Origin: an uncultured Nitrososphaerota archaeon
GTDB taxonomy: Archaea; Thermoproteota; Nitrososphaeria; Nitrososphaerales; CADDZS01
Direction: 5' to 3'
Assembly (NCBI GenBank): GCA_963799845.1
Contig: CAWCYI010000006.1
Location: forward strand, 512,001 to 576,000
DNA length: 64,000 nucleotides
Shown here: piece by piece, positions 1-10,261 of the stretch
How the letters are laid out: every line of letters starts with the position of its first letter
Numbering within the stretch: the stretch's first letter is position 1
The notes under the pieces: model-generated
Seen by the model: only the letters and a program-made list of their open reading frames with translations
Told to the model about the DNA's origin: nothing
Databases searched by the model: none
Made by a program: the position numbers and the translations under genes

Positions 1-394
1 CTCTGCAGAACAGTTTGAGATAAGTCGAAAGATTGGGACCGAACCTTCTTTTTCGAAGTGCAGACTGGTGATAGTTGACGACATCACTACCAATTTCGTC
101 TCGGATTATCCTAAGGAAAGTGAAATCCCCGCGAGACAGAGGGCACTGTCTCTGTACGCGCGAGGCTTGTCTTACATTGCGAACAAGAAAGGGGTGTCGG
201 TCCTTTTGACCAATTCTGTTAGATCAAGAGGAGATCTTGGGGAGGGCGAAACGACCGGAGAGGTATTATCAGAATTCGCCCTTTACAGGCTGCACTTTTC
301 AAGAATAGACAGGCAACGACTCGCGACTCTAGTCCAGCCGAGTCTATCAAAGCAACAAATCATTTTCGAGATTAATCAATCTGGTATTATCTAG
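1..394 (+). CDS. RecA/RadB-like recombinase paralogue, C-terminal part (starts before the window)
   Basis: Walker B-like VIVDDIT and VLLTNSV..GE..TG motifs of the RecA fold. Confidence 0.65.
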   Translation, partial: SAEQFEISRKIGTEPSFSKCRLVIVDDITTNFVSDYPKESEIPARQRALSLYARGLSYIANKKGVSVLLTNSVRSRGDLGEGETTGEVLSEFALYRLHFSRIDRQRLATLVQPSLSKQQIIFEINQSGII

Positions 395-804
395 ATGTGG
401 CAAGCACTGAATAGAACACAATAGTTGTAAGTGTTAAACAAAATCCAAGTAAAAATGAACATCATGATGTACGTTCCTATTCCCTGCGTGAAGAGTCTGT
501 TCTTGTCTTTTGGTGCTATTCCTTTCAGGATTGTGTATTTCGCGAAATAGTATGACAGAAAGTAGATGACTATGGCAATGTAGATGCCATAGTAAGCGTT
601 CGGATTTACAATAATTTGATTCGTGTTGTTTACGACAGATGAGGAGTTTACAATGGGCGTCACAAGTCCAAGAATTCCAGAAAGAAATCCACCTAGTGCC
701 CCAAAACCCACTCTATACCAAGCCAACTGGCCCAGCCTTTGCCTCTGTACAGATGGGTCAAGTGAAGGAGCGGACGGAACGGCGTTTTTGGAAGGTCGAG
801 ACAA
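391..804 (-). CDS. three-TM membrane protein, EMC6/Rab5ip-like
   Basis: WYRVGFGALGGFLSGILGL and GIGTYIMMFIFTWILF segments resemble TM1 and TM3 of EMC6. Confidence 0.55.
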   Translation of the reverse strand: MSRPSKNAVPSAPSLDPSVQRQRLGQLAWYRVGFGALGGFLSGILGLVTPIVNSSSVVNNTNQIIVNPNAYYGIYIAIVIYFLSYYFAKYTILKGIAPKDKNRLFTQGIGTYIMMFIFTWILFNTYNYCVLFSACHI

Positions 805-954
805 CTTAATTCATCTTTTGAAAATGGATCCTATTTGATCGTATGCCCAACCGATTATCGGGATTTTCAAAAGAGAAAGTGCTCGACATCTTTTTAGGGT
901 TTCGGTTCTTTTCTGGTAATTCTCTCTGTAAATAAGCGTGGAACGATATTTCTT

Positions 955-3012
955 ATGGAAATTTCAGCGATCGAAATTCATCTACTTTGCAAAAAAATTT
1001 CCGAATCCGTATCTGACTATTTTGTAAGCGGAATTTATTCGATGGAGCAAGGTGCAATGATAAGGCTCAATCATTCGTCAAAGCCCGAGAAGTTGGTTGC
1101 AATTTCGTCTTTCGCCAATTGGATCACGACGAAGAACCTCACGATATCCCAGGCAACAAAATTTGTTTCACGGCTTCGAGTCTTGGAGAGAGTCGGACTG
1201 CATTCTGTCGAACAGGTGGGCAATGAACGAATTGCAAGATTCTCTTTCGTAAGCAGAAAGGGAGAAAAGAGAATTTTGTACGCGGAATTTTTTTCACACG
1301 GCAATCTGATTCTGACTGACCCGGAAGCTAACGATTCGATAATTGATGTTGAAAATCCGCAAACATTTCGGCACAGGAGTCTCGTTGTGGGAGAGAAATA
1401 TGTTCTGCCTCCGACGAGGGGAATTTCGCTTCAAGATATTGACCTTCAAAAACTCCTCTCTGCGCATTCTACGGCTATTGGTGGCGCCGAATCTCTATCG
1501 GCCGTCCGGTGGTTTGGTCGAACTGTCGGGACTTCCAGAAAATTTGTTGAAGAAATATTCTTTAGAGCAAATGTCGATCCAGAGACTCCTGCAAAGTCGC
1601 TGCTTCTAGACGATTTGCATTCCCTCGCAGATGCTTGTGATCGACTAAGGTCCGACCTTCAAATCAGCGACACCGGTTACATCTTGGTCCCGAATGAAGA
1701 CAGCGATTTGGATATTGATGTCTGTCAGATAGTTCCCAATTCTTGGAAAACACTTTCCGAGCAGGGACTCGCGACAATCCGTGCTTTTCCCAGCCTAAGT
1801 GAGGCGCTCGATGAAGTTCAGGTCCAGTCATTGGTTCTTGATAGAAAGAGATTCGTTTCCAAAAAGGCTCGCGCAAAGGCCTCCGAGCTCGCTTCCGCGA
1901 TTGCAAAACAAGCCTCCCAGATTGAACTAAACAAGGCGTGGGCGAGTGAATTGAGGGAGGAGGCAAAGAGGCTCATGTCTCTCGGACTCCCAACTGTCGG
2001 TCCGGAAAGCGAAATTGCGGGAAAATTGAAGTCGTACGATTTGATCGAGGTCTCGGAGAACTCTGGAAATCAAGCGCGATTCGTGACGGAGCCAAGGTCC
2101 TTTCTCAAATCGTACTCCGGGACCGCGCTGGCATCAAGATTGTTTGACGAGGCAAAACGTATGGACTCGGAGACGCGCAGCTTGGAGAAAATTATGCTCG
2201 AGTTGGAGGACCAAAAGGGAGACCTACTCGAAAAGACGAGGACGCAAGAAGAAAAAGCAGAAAGAAAAATGGTCACCGAGCGTCGCGAGAGACAGTGGTT
2301 CGAGAGGTACAGGTGGTTTGTCACTTCAAACGGAAAGCTCGCGCTTGGAGGGAGGGACAGCACTTCAAACAGCATAGTCGTCAACAAGTACGTGACAAAG
2401 AATGACATCGTATTCCACGCTGATCTGCACGGCTCACCTTTTTTCGTTTTGCGAAATAGGGATCAGCAATCCACACCACCGTCAGACGACGTTGCTCTGG
2501 AAATGTCTCAAGCAACGGTTGGATTTAGTCGAGCTTGGAAGGACGAACTTGGCTCGGCCGATGCTTATTGGGTTTATCCCGACCAGATAAAGAAGGGAGC
2601 TCCATCCGGCGAATATCTCCCGCGCGGTTCATTTTTCATCGAGGGGAAAAAGAATTTTGTGCGTCACGTCAAAGTAGAACTTTCGGTCGGAATAATGTCA
2701 AGTTCCGACCTTCCTGAGGGCGACGGTAAAGGCCTAGAGGATTCGAACGAAGAGAAGCCGGCGGATGTCAGCGAGCTTCTGGTTGTTTGCGGGCCCGAAA
2801 AGTCAATTGCAAATTACTGCTATTCGACTGTTCGGATCGCCCCTGGAAAGGAGAAGGCGAGCTATTTTGCAAAGCGGCTGAAACAGCAACTTGTCAACAA
2901 GATAAAAGAATCTGAAGTGAAAGAGTCGAGCAAGAAACTGCAACTTGATGATATCATGAGAGCCCTACCGTCGGGGACGTACAAATTCGTCGCAGAGAAA
3001 CAAAACAATTAA
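955..3012 (+). CDS. rqcH: ribosome quality-control protein Rqc2/RqcH (NFACT family)
   Basis: ERIARF..YAEFFSHGNLIL NFACT-N, coiled coil, and WFERYRWF..GGRD..N..FHAD..GSP NFACT-R motifs. Confidence 0.92.
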   Translation: MEISAIEIHLLCKKISESVSDYFVSGIYSMEQGAMIRLNHSSKPEKLVAISSFANWITTKNLTISQATKFVSRLRVLERVGLHSVEQVGNERIARFSFVSRKGEKRILYAEFFSHGNLILTDPEANDSIIDVENPQTFRHRSLVVGEKYVLPPTRGISLQDIDLQKLLSAHSTAIGGAESLSAVRWFGRTVGTSRKFVEEIFFRANVDPETPAKSLLLDDLHSLADACDRLRSDLQISDTGYILVPNEDSDLDIDVCQIVPNSWKTLSEQGLATIRAFPSLSEALDEVQVQSLVLDRKRFVSKKARAKASELASAIAKQASQIELNKAWASELREEAKRLMSLGLPTVGPESEIAGKLKSYDLIEVSENSGNQARFVTEPRSFLKSYSGTALASRLFDEAKRMDSETRSLEKIMLELEDQKGDLLEKTRTQEEKAERKMVTERRERQWFERYRWFVTSNGKLALGGRDSTSNSIVVNKYVTKNDIVFHADLHGSPFFVLRNRDQQSTPPSDDVALEMSQATVGFSRAWKDELGSADAYWVYPDQIKKGAPSGEYLPRGSFFIEGKKNFVRHVKVELSVGIMSSSDLPEGDGKGLEDSNEEKPADVSELLVVCGPEKSIANYCYSTVRIAPGKEKASYFAKRLKQQLVNKIKESEVKESSKKLQLDDIMRALPSGTYKFVAEKQNN

Positions 3013-3058
3013 GAGCGCTAAGGTCAGCTGATCATTAGCTAGTCAGGCGACAAGTGCC

Positions 3059-3661
3059 ATGCCCTCCAAATTTTCTTCATCGGTGAGGACTAGAGTTCTC
3101 GTCCGCGAAGTGATGAACAGTCCAGTCATAACAGCAGATCCCGACGAGTCGATTAAACAGGTTTCCGAAAAAATGACCGCCTCGAAAGCAGGGAGCGTAG
3201 TCATAACCAAAAACGAGCGACCCATCGGAATAGTCACCGACGGGGATATAGTAACAAAAGTGGTTAGCATGGATTCCAAGCCTAGTTCAGTCAGGGCCGA
3301 GGATGTCATGTCAAAGCCTTTGTACACAATCGAAAGCGAGAGGGAAATTATTGAAGCAGCACGGGTGATGAGAAAGTTTGGAATTAAGAGGCTGGGTGTA
3401 AACTACAAAAACAGTCTCGTCGGGATTATCTCCATTTCTGACATCCTTGCTATCACGCCCGAGCTTTTCGACATAATTTCGGAAAAGGCGATGATCATGA
3501 CTGGTCAGGCCTCAAAAGAGCCCGCGTTCCTCGCCGGATACTGCGATTCCTGCAATCAGTGGTCCGATGGACTGCTCGAAATTGACGGCCGATTCATGTG
3601 CGAGGAATGTACCACAGGAAAAACCGAAGAAGAACTTCAGAACCCTATCGACGGGGCTTGA
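3059..3661 (+). CDS. CBS-pair protein with C-terminal CxxC-CxxC zinc ribbon
   Basis: two CBS repeats (GIVTDGD, GIISISD) followed by CDSC...CEEC. Confidence 0.9.
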   Translation: MPSKFSSSVRTRVLVREVMNSPVITADPDESIKQVSEKMTASKAGSVVITKNERPIGIVTDGDIVTKVVSMDSKPSSVRAEDVMSKPLYTIESEREIIEAARVMRKFGIKRLGVNYKNSLVGIISISDILAITPELFDIISEKAMIMTGQASKEPAFLAGYCDSCNQWSDGLLEIDGRFMCEECTTGKTEEELQNPIDGA

Positions 3662-3721
3662 AGTACTTTCACGATTGATCAAGCTTCCGAATTTCCGGAA
3701 AAAGAGCAACCCAGATTTCTC

Positions 3722-4174
3722 TTGGATGGGATGCTCGGCTCTCTTGCAAGAAAGCTGCGAATCCTAGGATTTGATGCCGTGTACGATCCAAAATCTGAAG
3801 ACGACGAGCTTAGAACATTGGCGATGGCAGATGGCAGAATCTTGCTTACGGGCGACTTTGAATTGTTCAAATCTGCCAAGAGATCTAACATTAACTCGAT
3901 TCTGATAGATTCTCCAAACGAGCGAGACAGACTCTTTGAAGTGCTTAAAATGTCGGGAACAACCACAATTCATACTGAGCAACTGGTTTCCAGATGTTCG
4001 CAGTGCAATGGAGAACTTTATGACACGGGTAAGATGAACAGAAACAGTCCTGTATTTTCCTGCCGAACCTGCGGCAAGAATTACTGGAAGGGAAGCCACT
4101 GGAATAAACTAAACGCATTGTTCGAGGATGTGAACGAAATGCTGCTCCAAGAACAAGAAAAAAATGATGTGTAG
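3722..4174 (+). CDS. Mut7-C RNase domain protein (DUF82); true start probably upstream (~3674)
   Basis: (RFLL)DGMLGSLARKLRILGFD, SRCSQCNG and CRTCGKNYWKGSHW. Confidence 0.88.
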   Translation: MDGMLGSLARKLRILGFDAVYDPKSEDDELRTLAMADGRILLTGDFELFKSAKRSNINSILIDSPNERDRLFEVLKMSGTTTIHTEQLVSRCSQCNGELYDTGKMNRNSPVFSCRTCGKNYWKGSHWNKLNALFEDVNEMLLQEQEKNDV

Positions 4175-4182
4175 ATTGAAAT

Positions 4183-4812
4183 TTGAAATCTCAAAATCCC
4201 TTTGACACCACGTTCGGAGAAGAGGACGGTCCATTCCTGCTCTCAGTGACCAGAAATGTCATTTCCACATATTTGGAAACCAAGAAGAGAACGATCCCCA
4301 CTTCTTTGTTGTCCGATCCGCGCTTCAAGCAAAAAATGGGTTGCTTTGTGACTTTGAAATTAGACGATTCGGAAAAAACATTGCGGGGCTGCATTGGATT
4401 TCCCGAACCTGTATACGAGCTTTCAAAGGCTCTAACTCATGCGGGAATTGCTGCCGCGGCTGAAGATCCCAGATTCACTCCTGTAAAATCCGCAGAGCTG
4501 GAATATCTTTTGCTTGAGATCAGTTTATTGACAAAACCAGTCGAAATTACTGTAAGAGATCCCAGAGATCTCTTGAACAAAATCGAGGTTGGAATGGACG
4601 GACTGATGCTACGATGGGCGTACGGCTCGGGGCTATTGCTCCCTCAGGTTGCTACAGAATACAATTGGAGCGTTGAAGATTTTCTTTGCAACCTTAGCAT
4701 GAAGGCGGGAGCACCGCCTGATCAGTGGCTAGTTCCCGGGACCCTAGTCTATCAGTTCAGAGCCCAAGTTTTTCAAGAGAATTCACCCGGGGGACACGTG
4801 TCGATGCATTGA
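4183..4812 (+). CDS. AMMECR1 family protein (TIGR00296)
   Basis: GCFVTL, LRGCIG, DPRF and GLLLPQVA motifs. Confidence 0.93.
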   Translation: MKSQNPFDTTFGEEDGPFLLSVTRNVISTYLETKKRTIPTSLLSDPRFKQKMGCFVTLKLDDSEKTLRGCIGFPEPVYELSKALTHAGIAAAAEDPRFTPVKSAELEYLLLEISLLTKPVEITVRDPRDLLNKIEVGMDGLMLRWAYGSGLLLPQVATEYNWSVEDFLCNLSMKAGAPPDQWLVPGTLVYQFRAQVFQENSPGGHVSMH

Positions 4813-4988
4813 GTTTGTACTCATCACTTTCCGAATTAAGCTGGAATAATGAAATTCATGATTCCGGGGACAACCCGAATTGGTTTCGGGCTCGACGCAA
4901 CACCTTCTTACACCGTTTCAAGAGCGAATAATTCAAAAGCAGACTACGACTCGAGTGTTAATTAGATCCGGAAAAAGGAAAATTTCGA

Positions 4989-6308
4989 ATGACTGTTCAC
5001 GAAGCAACTAGACCCAAGAGTCGAACACATACCGTCGCCCAGGCTTTGGCCTCGCCAGCTGGGACCATGGTAACGATCATGGGATGGATCGCCACTAAAA
5101 GTTCGATCGGAGGGATCAAGTTCGCTTCAATCAGGGACGGTACGGGTTACATACAGGTTGCGTGCAAAAAGGACAAAGTGCCACCTCAATCTTTTGCTGA
5201 TTTCGAATCGGCGACTCGAGAATCCGCGGTTGCCGTTGAAGGTATCATTCGTGAAGACAAACGGGCGCCTGGTGGCAAGGAAATTTCCGTCACGGGATTC
5301 TGGATAATCTCGCTGGCTGAAGACTGGCCGATCACGAAGAGCGCGGTAAAATCTCTATCGTTTCTCTACGACAAGAGGCACCTTGCCATAAGGGGAAGGA
5401 AGGCGTCTGCTGTTATTCGAATTAGAGCGGAAATCGTCTATGCCGCGTTCGACCACTTTGTCAAGAATGGCTTTACTCTGATATCGGCGCCCTCCATCGT
5501 TCAAAACGCCGTCGAAGGAGGATCCACTTTGTTTGAATTAAACTACTTTGGCAAGAAGGCATATCTGAGCCAGAGCGCACAGCTCTATGAGGAAGCCGCG
5601 CTTGGAGCGCTGGGCAAGGTCTTCATCTACCAGCCCGCATTTAGAGCGGAGAAATCCAAGACAAACAAGCATCTGACTGAGTTTTGGATGATCGAGGCGG
5701 AACAGGCATTTACGGATCAGGATGACAACATGAGACTTCAGGAGAACCTTGTCAAGTCGATGGCGGAAAGGGTACGAGTGAACCGGGCTGAGGATCTCAA
5801 GACCCTGGGTCGAAGCTTCAAATTTCCGGAAGTCCCCTTTCCGAGAATAACCTACGACGAAGCAAGAGAAATCTCAATCAAAAAAGGTGTGTTATTCGAA
5901 TGGGGCGAGGATCTCCCAACAGAAGGCGAGAGATTAGTGTCAAAGGAGTTTGAAGTTCCATTCTTTGTCACCGGTTACCCTCTCACCGCTCGTTCATTTT
6001 ATCACATGACAGAAGAGACCAACGACAAAGTGACGAAATCTGCCGATCTCATTGCTCCCGAAGGCTACGGCGAAATTGCGACGGGTGGCCAGAGGATTCA
6101 CGATTATTCGCAGCTAATGGAGCGGATAGCAAGACAGGAGCTCCCAACCGAATCTTTCGAGTGGTATCTGGAACTGAGAAAATACGGTATGCCGGAGCAC
6201 TCTGGATTTGGAATAGGGGCCGAACGAACCACGAGGTGGATCTGCGGGCTGAAACACATTCGAGCAACGAGTTTGTTCCCCAGGACGATTAGCAGAGTAA
6301 AGCCCTAA
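4989..6308 (+). CDS. asnS: asparagine--tRNA ligase
   Basis: OB domain, VEGGSTLF, YLSQSAQLY, FRAEKSKTNKHLTEFWMIEAE (AsnRS-type motif 2) and HSGFGIGAER. Confidence 0.88.
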   Translation: MTVHEATRPKSRTHTVAQALASPAGTMVTIMGWIATKSSIGGIKFASIRDGTGYIQVACKKDKVPPQSFADFESATRESAVAVEGIIREDKRAPGGKEISVTGFWIISLAEDWPITKSAVKSLSFLYDKRHLAIRGRKASAVIRIRAEIVYAAFDHFVKNGFTLISAPSIVQNAVEGGSTLFELNYFGKKAYLSQSAQLYEEAALGALGKVFIYQPAFRAEKSKTNKHLTEFWMIEAEQAFTDQDDNMRLQENLVKSMAERVRVNRAEDLKTLGRSFKFPEVPFPRITYDEAREISIKKGVLFEWGEDLPTEGERLVSKEFEVPFFVTGYPLTARSFYHMTEETNDKVTKSADLIAPEGYGEIATGGQRIHDYSQLMERIARQELPTESFEWYLELRKYGMPEHSGFGIGAERTTRWICGLKHIRATSLFPRTISRVKP

Positions 6309-6351
6309 TTTTGAATAAAGATTCCGAAAAGTTCTGCGTTTTGATCAGGTT

Positions 6352-7425
6352 GTGTTCCATAAATTGACAAAAGAGGAAACGAATGAATCCGACGCCACAG
6401 GGAGCTCGCCAGATCCGAGAAATGACAAGATAATTGCCAACCTTGAGATCGATGAACTTGATGGGATAGGTCCTGCAACAAAAGCGAAACTGAACGAAAT
6501 AGGAATCTCCACCGTCTTGGATTTAGCGGTAAAGTCGCCAAGCGAGGTTGCGGATGCGATTGGCTCTGATCTTGCACGCGGTACTGAGCTTTGTAGTAAA
6601 GCGAGAGCCAAGCTGGTCGAGCTGAAGTATTTCGACGATGATTTCGTATCCGCGTCCGAAATCTACAAGCGGCGGAAAGCGATAGAACGAATTTCTACAG
6701 GTTCCAGAAACTTGGACGACTTGTTAGCCGGCGGCATCGAGACCCAGGCGGTCACGGAATTTTACGGGGAATTTGGTTCCGGCAAGACCCAGATCTGCCA
6801 CACTCTGTGCGTCATGACCCAACTTCCGAAAGACCTGGGAGGATTGGGCGGGAGCGTGGTCTACGTTGATACGGAAAATACGTTTAGACCCGAACGAATC
6901 GCTGAGATTGCCCGGGCCCGCGGACAGAACTCTGACGCTATTCTGGATGGGATCATAGTCGCCAAAGCTTTCAATTCGTCTCATCAGGAATTAATACTGG
7001 GCGCGCTCGGCGCACAGATTAGAAGCCACGGAATCAGACTCGCAATCGTAGACAGCGCAGTCGCACATTACCGGGCAGAATTTCTCGGGAGAGGAACCCT
7101 TTCCGAGCGACAGCAGCGCCTGAACAGATTCATGCATACTTTAGTTAGGACAGCTGAAGTCTACAACATTGCTGTGGTTGCGACAAACCAAGTGCAATCC
7201 TCGCCGGACACTTTCTTTGGAGATCCGACAAAAGCAACCGGTGGAAATGTTGTGGCCCACACCAGCACATACAGGATCTATGCAAGAAAATCGGGAAAAA
7301 ACAGAGTCGCAAGAATGGTGGACAGTCCCTATCATGCAGAAAGAGAAGTAGTATTCGTTTTGAATGAGAGAGGAATTGACGATCCTTCGGAAGAAACCAC
7401 TTCCCGCAGACGAAGTTCAAACTGA
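6352..7425 (+). CDS. radA: DNA repair and recombination protein RadA
   Basis: HhH N-terminus, GEFGSGKTQ, DTENTFRPER, RAEFLGRGTLSERQQ. Confidence 0.97.
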   Translation: MFHKLTKEETNESDATGSSPDPRNDKIIANLEIDELDGIGPATKAKLNEIGISTVLDLAVKSPSEVADAIGSDLARGTELCSKARAKLVELKYFDDDFVSASEIYKRRKAIERISTGSRNLDDLLAGGIETQAVTEFYGEFGSGKTQICHTLCVMTQLPKDLGGLGGSVVYVDTENTFRPERIAEIARARGQNSDAILDGIIVAKAFNSSHQELILGALGAQIRSHGIRLAIVDSAVAHYRAEFLGRGTLSERQQRLNRFMHTLVRTAEVYNIAVVATNQVQSSPDTFFGDPTKATGGNVVAHTSTYRIYARKSGKNRVARMVDSPYHAEREVVFVLNERGIDDPSEETTSRRRSSN

Positions 7426-7510
7426 GAAATTCATTGCGTGATAAAATTATTTCTGAATTACAAATTGCAAACTTTATAACGCCAATTCGGAACCTTTTTC
7501 CGAAAATGCA

Positions 7511-10204
7511 TTGCGTGCAAGCAGCATCGTTTTTCTCGTGCTAGCCATTTCAGCCCTTTTGGTAACACCCATCGTTTTTACCTTTGGCAATGGAGTCCCA
7601 AATTCAAAGTTTCTGGCGCCTTCGACCTCATCGCCCTATTCCGAGAACCTTTCGCTTTATCTGACCTCGAGCGAGACTTTTTGGCGGGTGGATCTATTTG
7701 GCGGGAACATCACCGTTAGCTCGGTTTCACCCCCGTCATCGGTTTCAGGTTACTCGATCACTCTAACTCATTACGATACTTGGAAGTCACAGTTCGAAAT
7801 ATTCACGAAATACGGCTACGGTCTTCTCGGGGGCAGTGAACCTTATCCGGATGGCGCGGTTTTAGTTGTGAATACCACCTCCCAGTCTGATGCGTCCCAG
7901 CTTGCAAATTCGCTTAGCCAGCACTTCGGCTTGGCTTTTGAGCAGATTGCGTCTTCCTCCGGCAGTTTTACTTTCTTCTCCCCGATCTCATACGTAACCG
8001 AGATCCATGTGTATTTCTTTCCCCTGATTCCGCAATCAGCAAAAGGATTTGCTTCAATGTTCACTGAATCACAACTCGAATCGAACGATCTCGACTATTT
8101 CAAACTCAGCTATTCCTCCAGCTCATCAGAATACTCGCTGTCGTATGGAGGACTTGCGGCGCTCAGCTCAACATCATTCTCGCTGTACAGCCAGCTCGGG
8201 TTGATTCAGAGCGCCTACAATTATTCATCGGATGCCACAAGTTCGACGATACAAATACATGTTCTGGGCGGTCTGATCAGCGCGTCAAACGCCACCTTCG
8301 TGAATAATTTTTCCAATCTCTCTGCGTCATTGACCGCCAGCGCTGCGACCGCGACGGGAAATAGTTCCAATACAGTCCCGAACATTAACGCAACTTTGGA
8401 CTTTTCATTTCCCACAATTCTGGCTTACAGACAGATCACGCCTACGCTGACTCCTTCTCACGACGCGAACGTATCCGTAACGGTTTACGTCAGAAACGTC
8501 AGTCCAACCAGCGCTCCGACAGCAAATAACGTGCAGTTCAACGATTCTTGGATTTACAATAACAAGAACGACTTCAATCTGACCGTGGGACAGACAGGGA
8601 AGGATGCTAACCTTTCCTCCGGCACCACGGAAACAGTCGCTTACGCATTTACCGTTGTTGGTTCTAACGGAACAATACATGTACCGGCAACTCCAGTCAC
8701 TTATCAGTTCAGTTCTGCTGGAAACAAGACTGTGACTGCAACTGCATACCTGAACCCGGAGACTATTGTAATTGGAGGGGCAAATACCCCCCTGCTCGAA
8801 GCAACTGAGAGCCTGCCTAGCGGCACAATTCAAGCAGGGCAAACCTTTTCGGTGAACGTCTCGATTACAAACAAGGGTAGCGGCCCCGCAATCAACCTAG
8901 TTTCAGGGACTCTGAAGAAAGCAAACCTCCCCGTTGGATCAACGTGGAGCTTCCTGTCAAATGCAAGCTCGGGTGGTCTCACTTCAACAAATTCCACCGT
9001 ATCGTATCCGGTTTCTTGGTTTGACGCGAGTGGAGCTGCGCACAACACTACGACGAATACTATGAGCGCCGTTTTCAGCTTCAGTTCGCCGGGAACGCCA
9101 GCCATGTACCTGATAAAGTCGGTTCAACTTTCTAACACATCTGAATCTGCGAATGTCACGCTTACGGTCTTTAACGGATCTCCGAACGAAGTGTCGAACG
9201 TTTCGATCCTGGACTCTTTTCCGACCGGATTGATGTTCTCGAAGAGCTTCAATACTACAAGCCTTCATTCCAGCGGACAGTCGGTTAACGTCAACATTTC
9301 ATCACTGCCGGGAAGTTCGAACGAGTCATTCATTTATTCGATGAATGTAACGGCTCAGAACCAGAATTTCATCTTCCCTCCTGCAAATATTTCTGCCAGT
9401 TGGAATAATGAAACCATAGTCCACTACAGCGGGGGTTACGGTCTTCCTCTAGGAGTCAAAGCTACTAAAATGATTACGCCGTCGGAGGGATTTCAGGGAA
9501 CCAACGTAACGATTTCCCTTGATGTTGTCAACAACGGTTCTCTGCCGGTTTATGATGCCAGCCTCGGCATAGTTCAGGATTCGTTCCTGCAAATAACTTC
9601 ATCGCAAAACTCTTCCCTCCAGTCAGTTCTCGGAGCCGGACAGACGTTAGCCGAGTCGCTAAACGGATATCTTACCGGGACGCAGGGGACATACAACGCT
9701 TCATCAGCAGTCGCGAGCTTCCTCTTTGCGGGAACAAATCAAACGGCGTCGAGCAACACATTCAACGTAACGGTCTACGCCCTACCCAGCGCAAATCTCA
9801 CTTTCAGCGGCCTCAAGATCGAGGAGGATCACAACATTGTCGTTTCAGAAACGGTCGAAAATCCGTCTAACGTCGTAATCAGTGATGTAACATTTAGAAT
9901 TGCGGTTCCGAAGGGGTTGACAGTCGAAAGCGGTCAGAGCCCCAACTTTACTATACCGTCAATCGCTGCAAACTCCAACGCCACCCACCAGTTCACGATA
10001 ATAACCAGCCAGCCCAACGCATACGAGTTCGGAAAGGGCAACCTGACATTCTACTACCAGAACCACATCGTCTTTGGAAACAGCAGCGTTGTAATAGTAA
10101 ATATCAGTGACGACATCACTTTGAGGTACGGCATTCCAATAATAATCGGGCTCGTAATTGTCGTCGGAACTATACTTTACGTTCGCAGGCTGACTCCAAA
10201 GTAA
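7511..10204 (+). CDS. large surface-anchored glycoprotein with Ig-like (DUF11/CARDB/BatD-like) repeats
   Basis: signal peptide, S/T/N-rich with many N-x-S/T sequons, repeated V.V.I.N.G motifs, C-terminal TM plus RR. Confidence 0.75.
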   Translation: MRASSIVFLVLAISALLVTPIVFTFGNGVPNSKFLAPSTSSPYSENLSLYLTSSETFWRVDLFGGNITVSSVSPPSSVSGYSITLTHYDTWKSQFEIFTKYGYGLLGGSEPYPDGAVLVVNTTSQSDASQLANSLSQHFGLAFEQIASSSGSFTFFSPISYVTEIHVYFFPLIPQSAKGFASMFTESQLESNDLDYFKLSYSSSSSEYSLSYGGLAALSSTSFSLYSQLGLIQSAYNYSSDATSSTIQIHVLGGLISASNATFVNNFSNLSASLTASAATATGNSSNTVPNINATLDFSFPTILAYRQITPTLTPSHDANVSVTVYVRNVSPTSAPTANNVQFNDSWIYNNKNDFNLTVGQTGKDANLSSGTTETVAYAFTVVGSNGTIHVPATPVTYQFSSAGNKTVTATAYLNPETIVIGGANTPLLEATESLPSGTIQAGQTFSVNVSITNKGSGPAINLVSGTLKKANLPVGSTWSFLSNASSGGLTSTNSTVSYPVSWFDASGAAHNTTTNTMSAVFSFSSPGTPAMYLIKSVQLSNTSESANVTLTVFNGSPNEVSNVSILDSFPTGLMFSKSFNTTSLHSSGQSVNVNISSLPGSSNESFIYSMNVTAQNQNFIFPPANISASWNNETIVHYSGGYGLPLGVKATKMITPSEGFQGTNVTISLDVVNNGSLPVYDASLGIVQDSFLQITSSQNSSLQSVLGAGQTLAESLNGYLTGTQGTYNASSAVASFLFAGTNQTASSNTFNVTVYALPSANLTFSGLKIEEDHNIVVSETVENPSNVVISDVTFRIAVPKGLTVESGQSPNFTIPSIAANSNATHQFTIITSQPNAYEFGKGNLTFYYQNHIVFGNSSVVIVNISDDITLRYGIPIIIGLVIVVGTILYVRRLTPK

Positions 10205-10261
10205 TTACGTTATTTCTAACTGCTATGCTAAAAAGCGGGAATTATCTACGTTGTTCTGATC

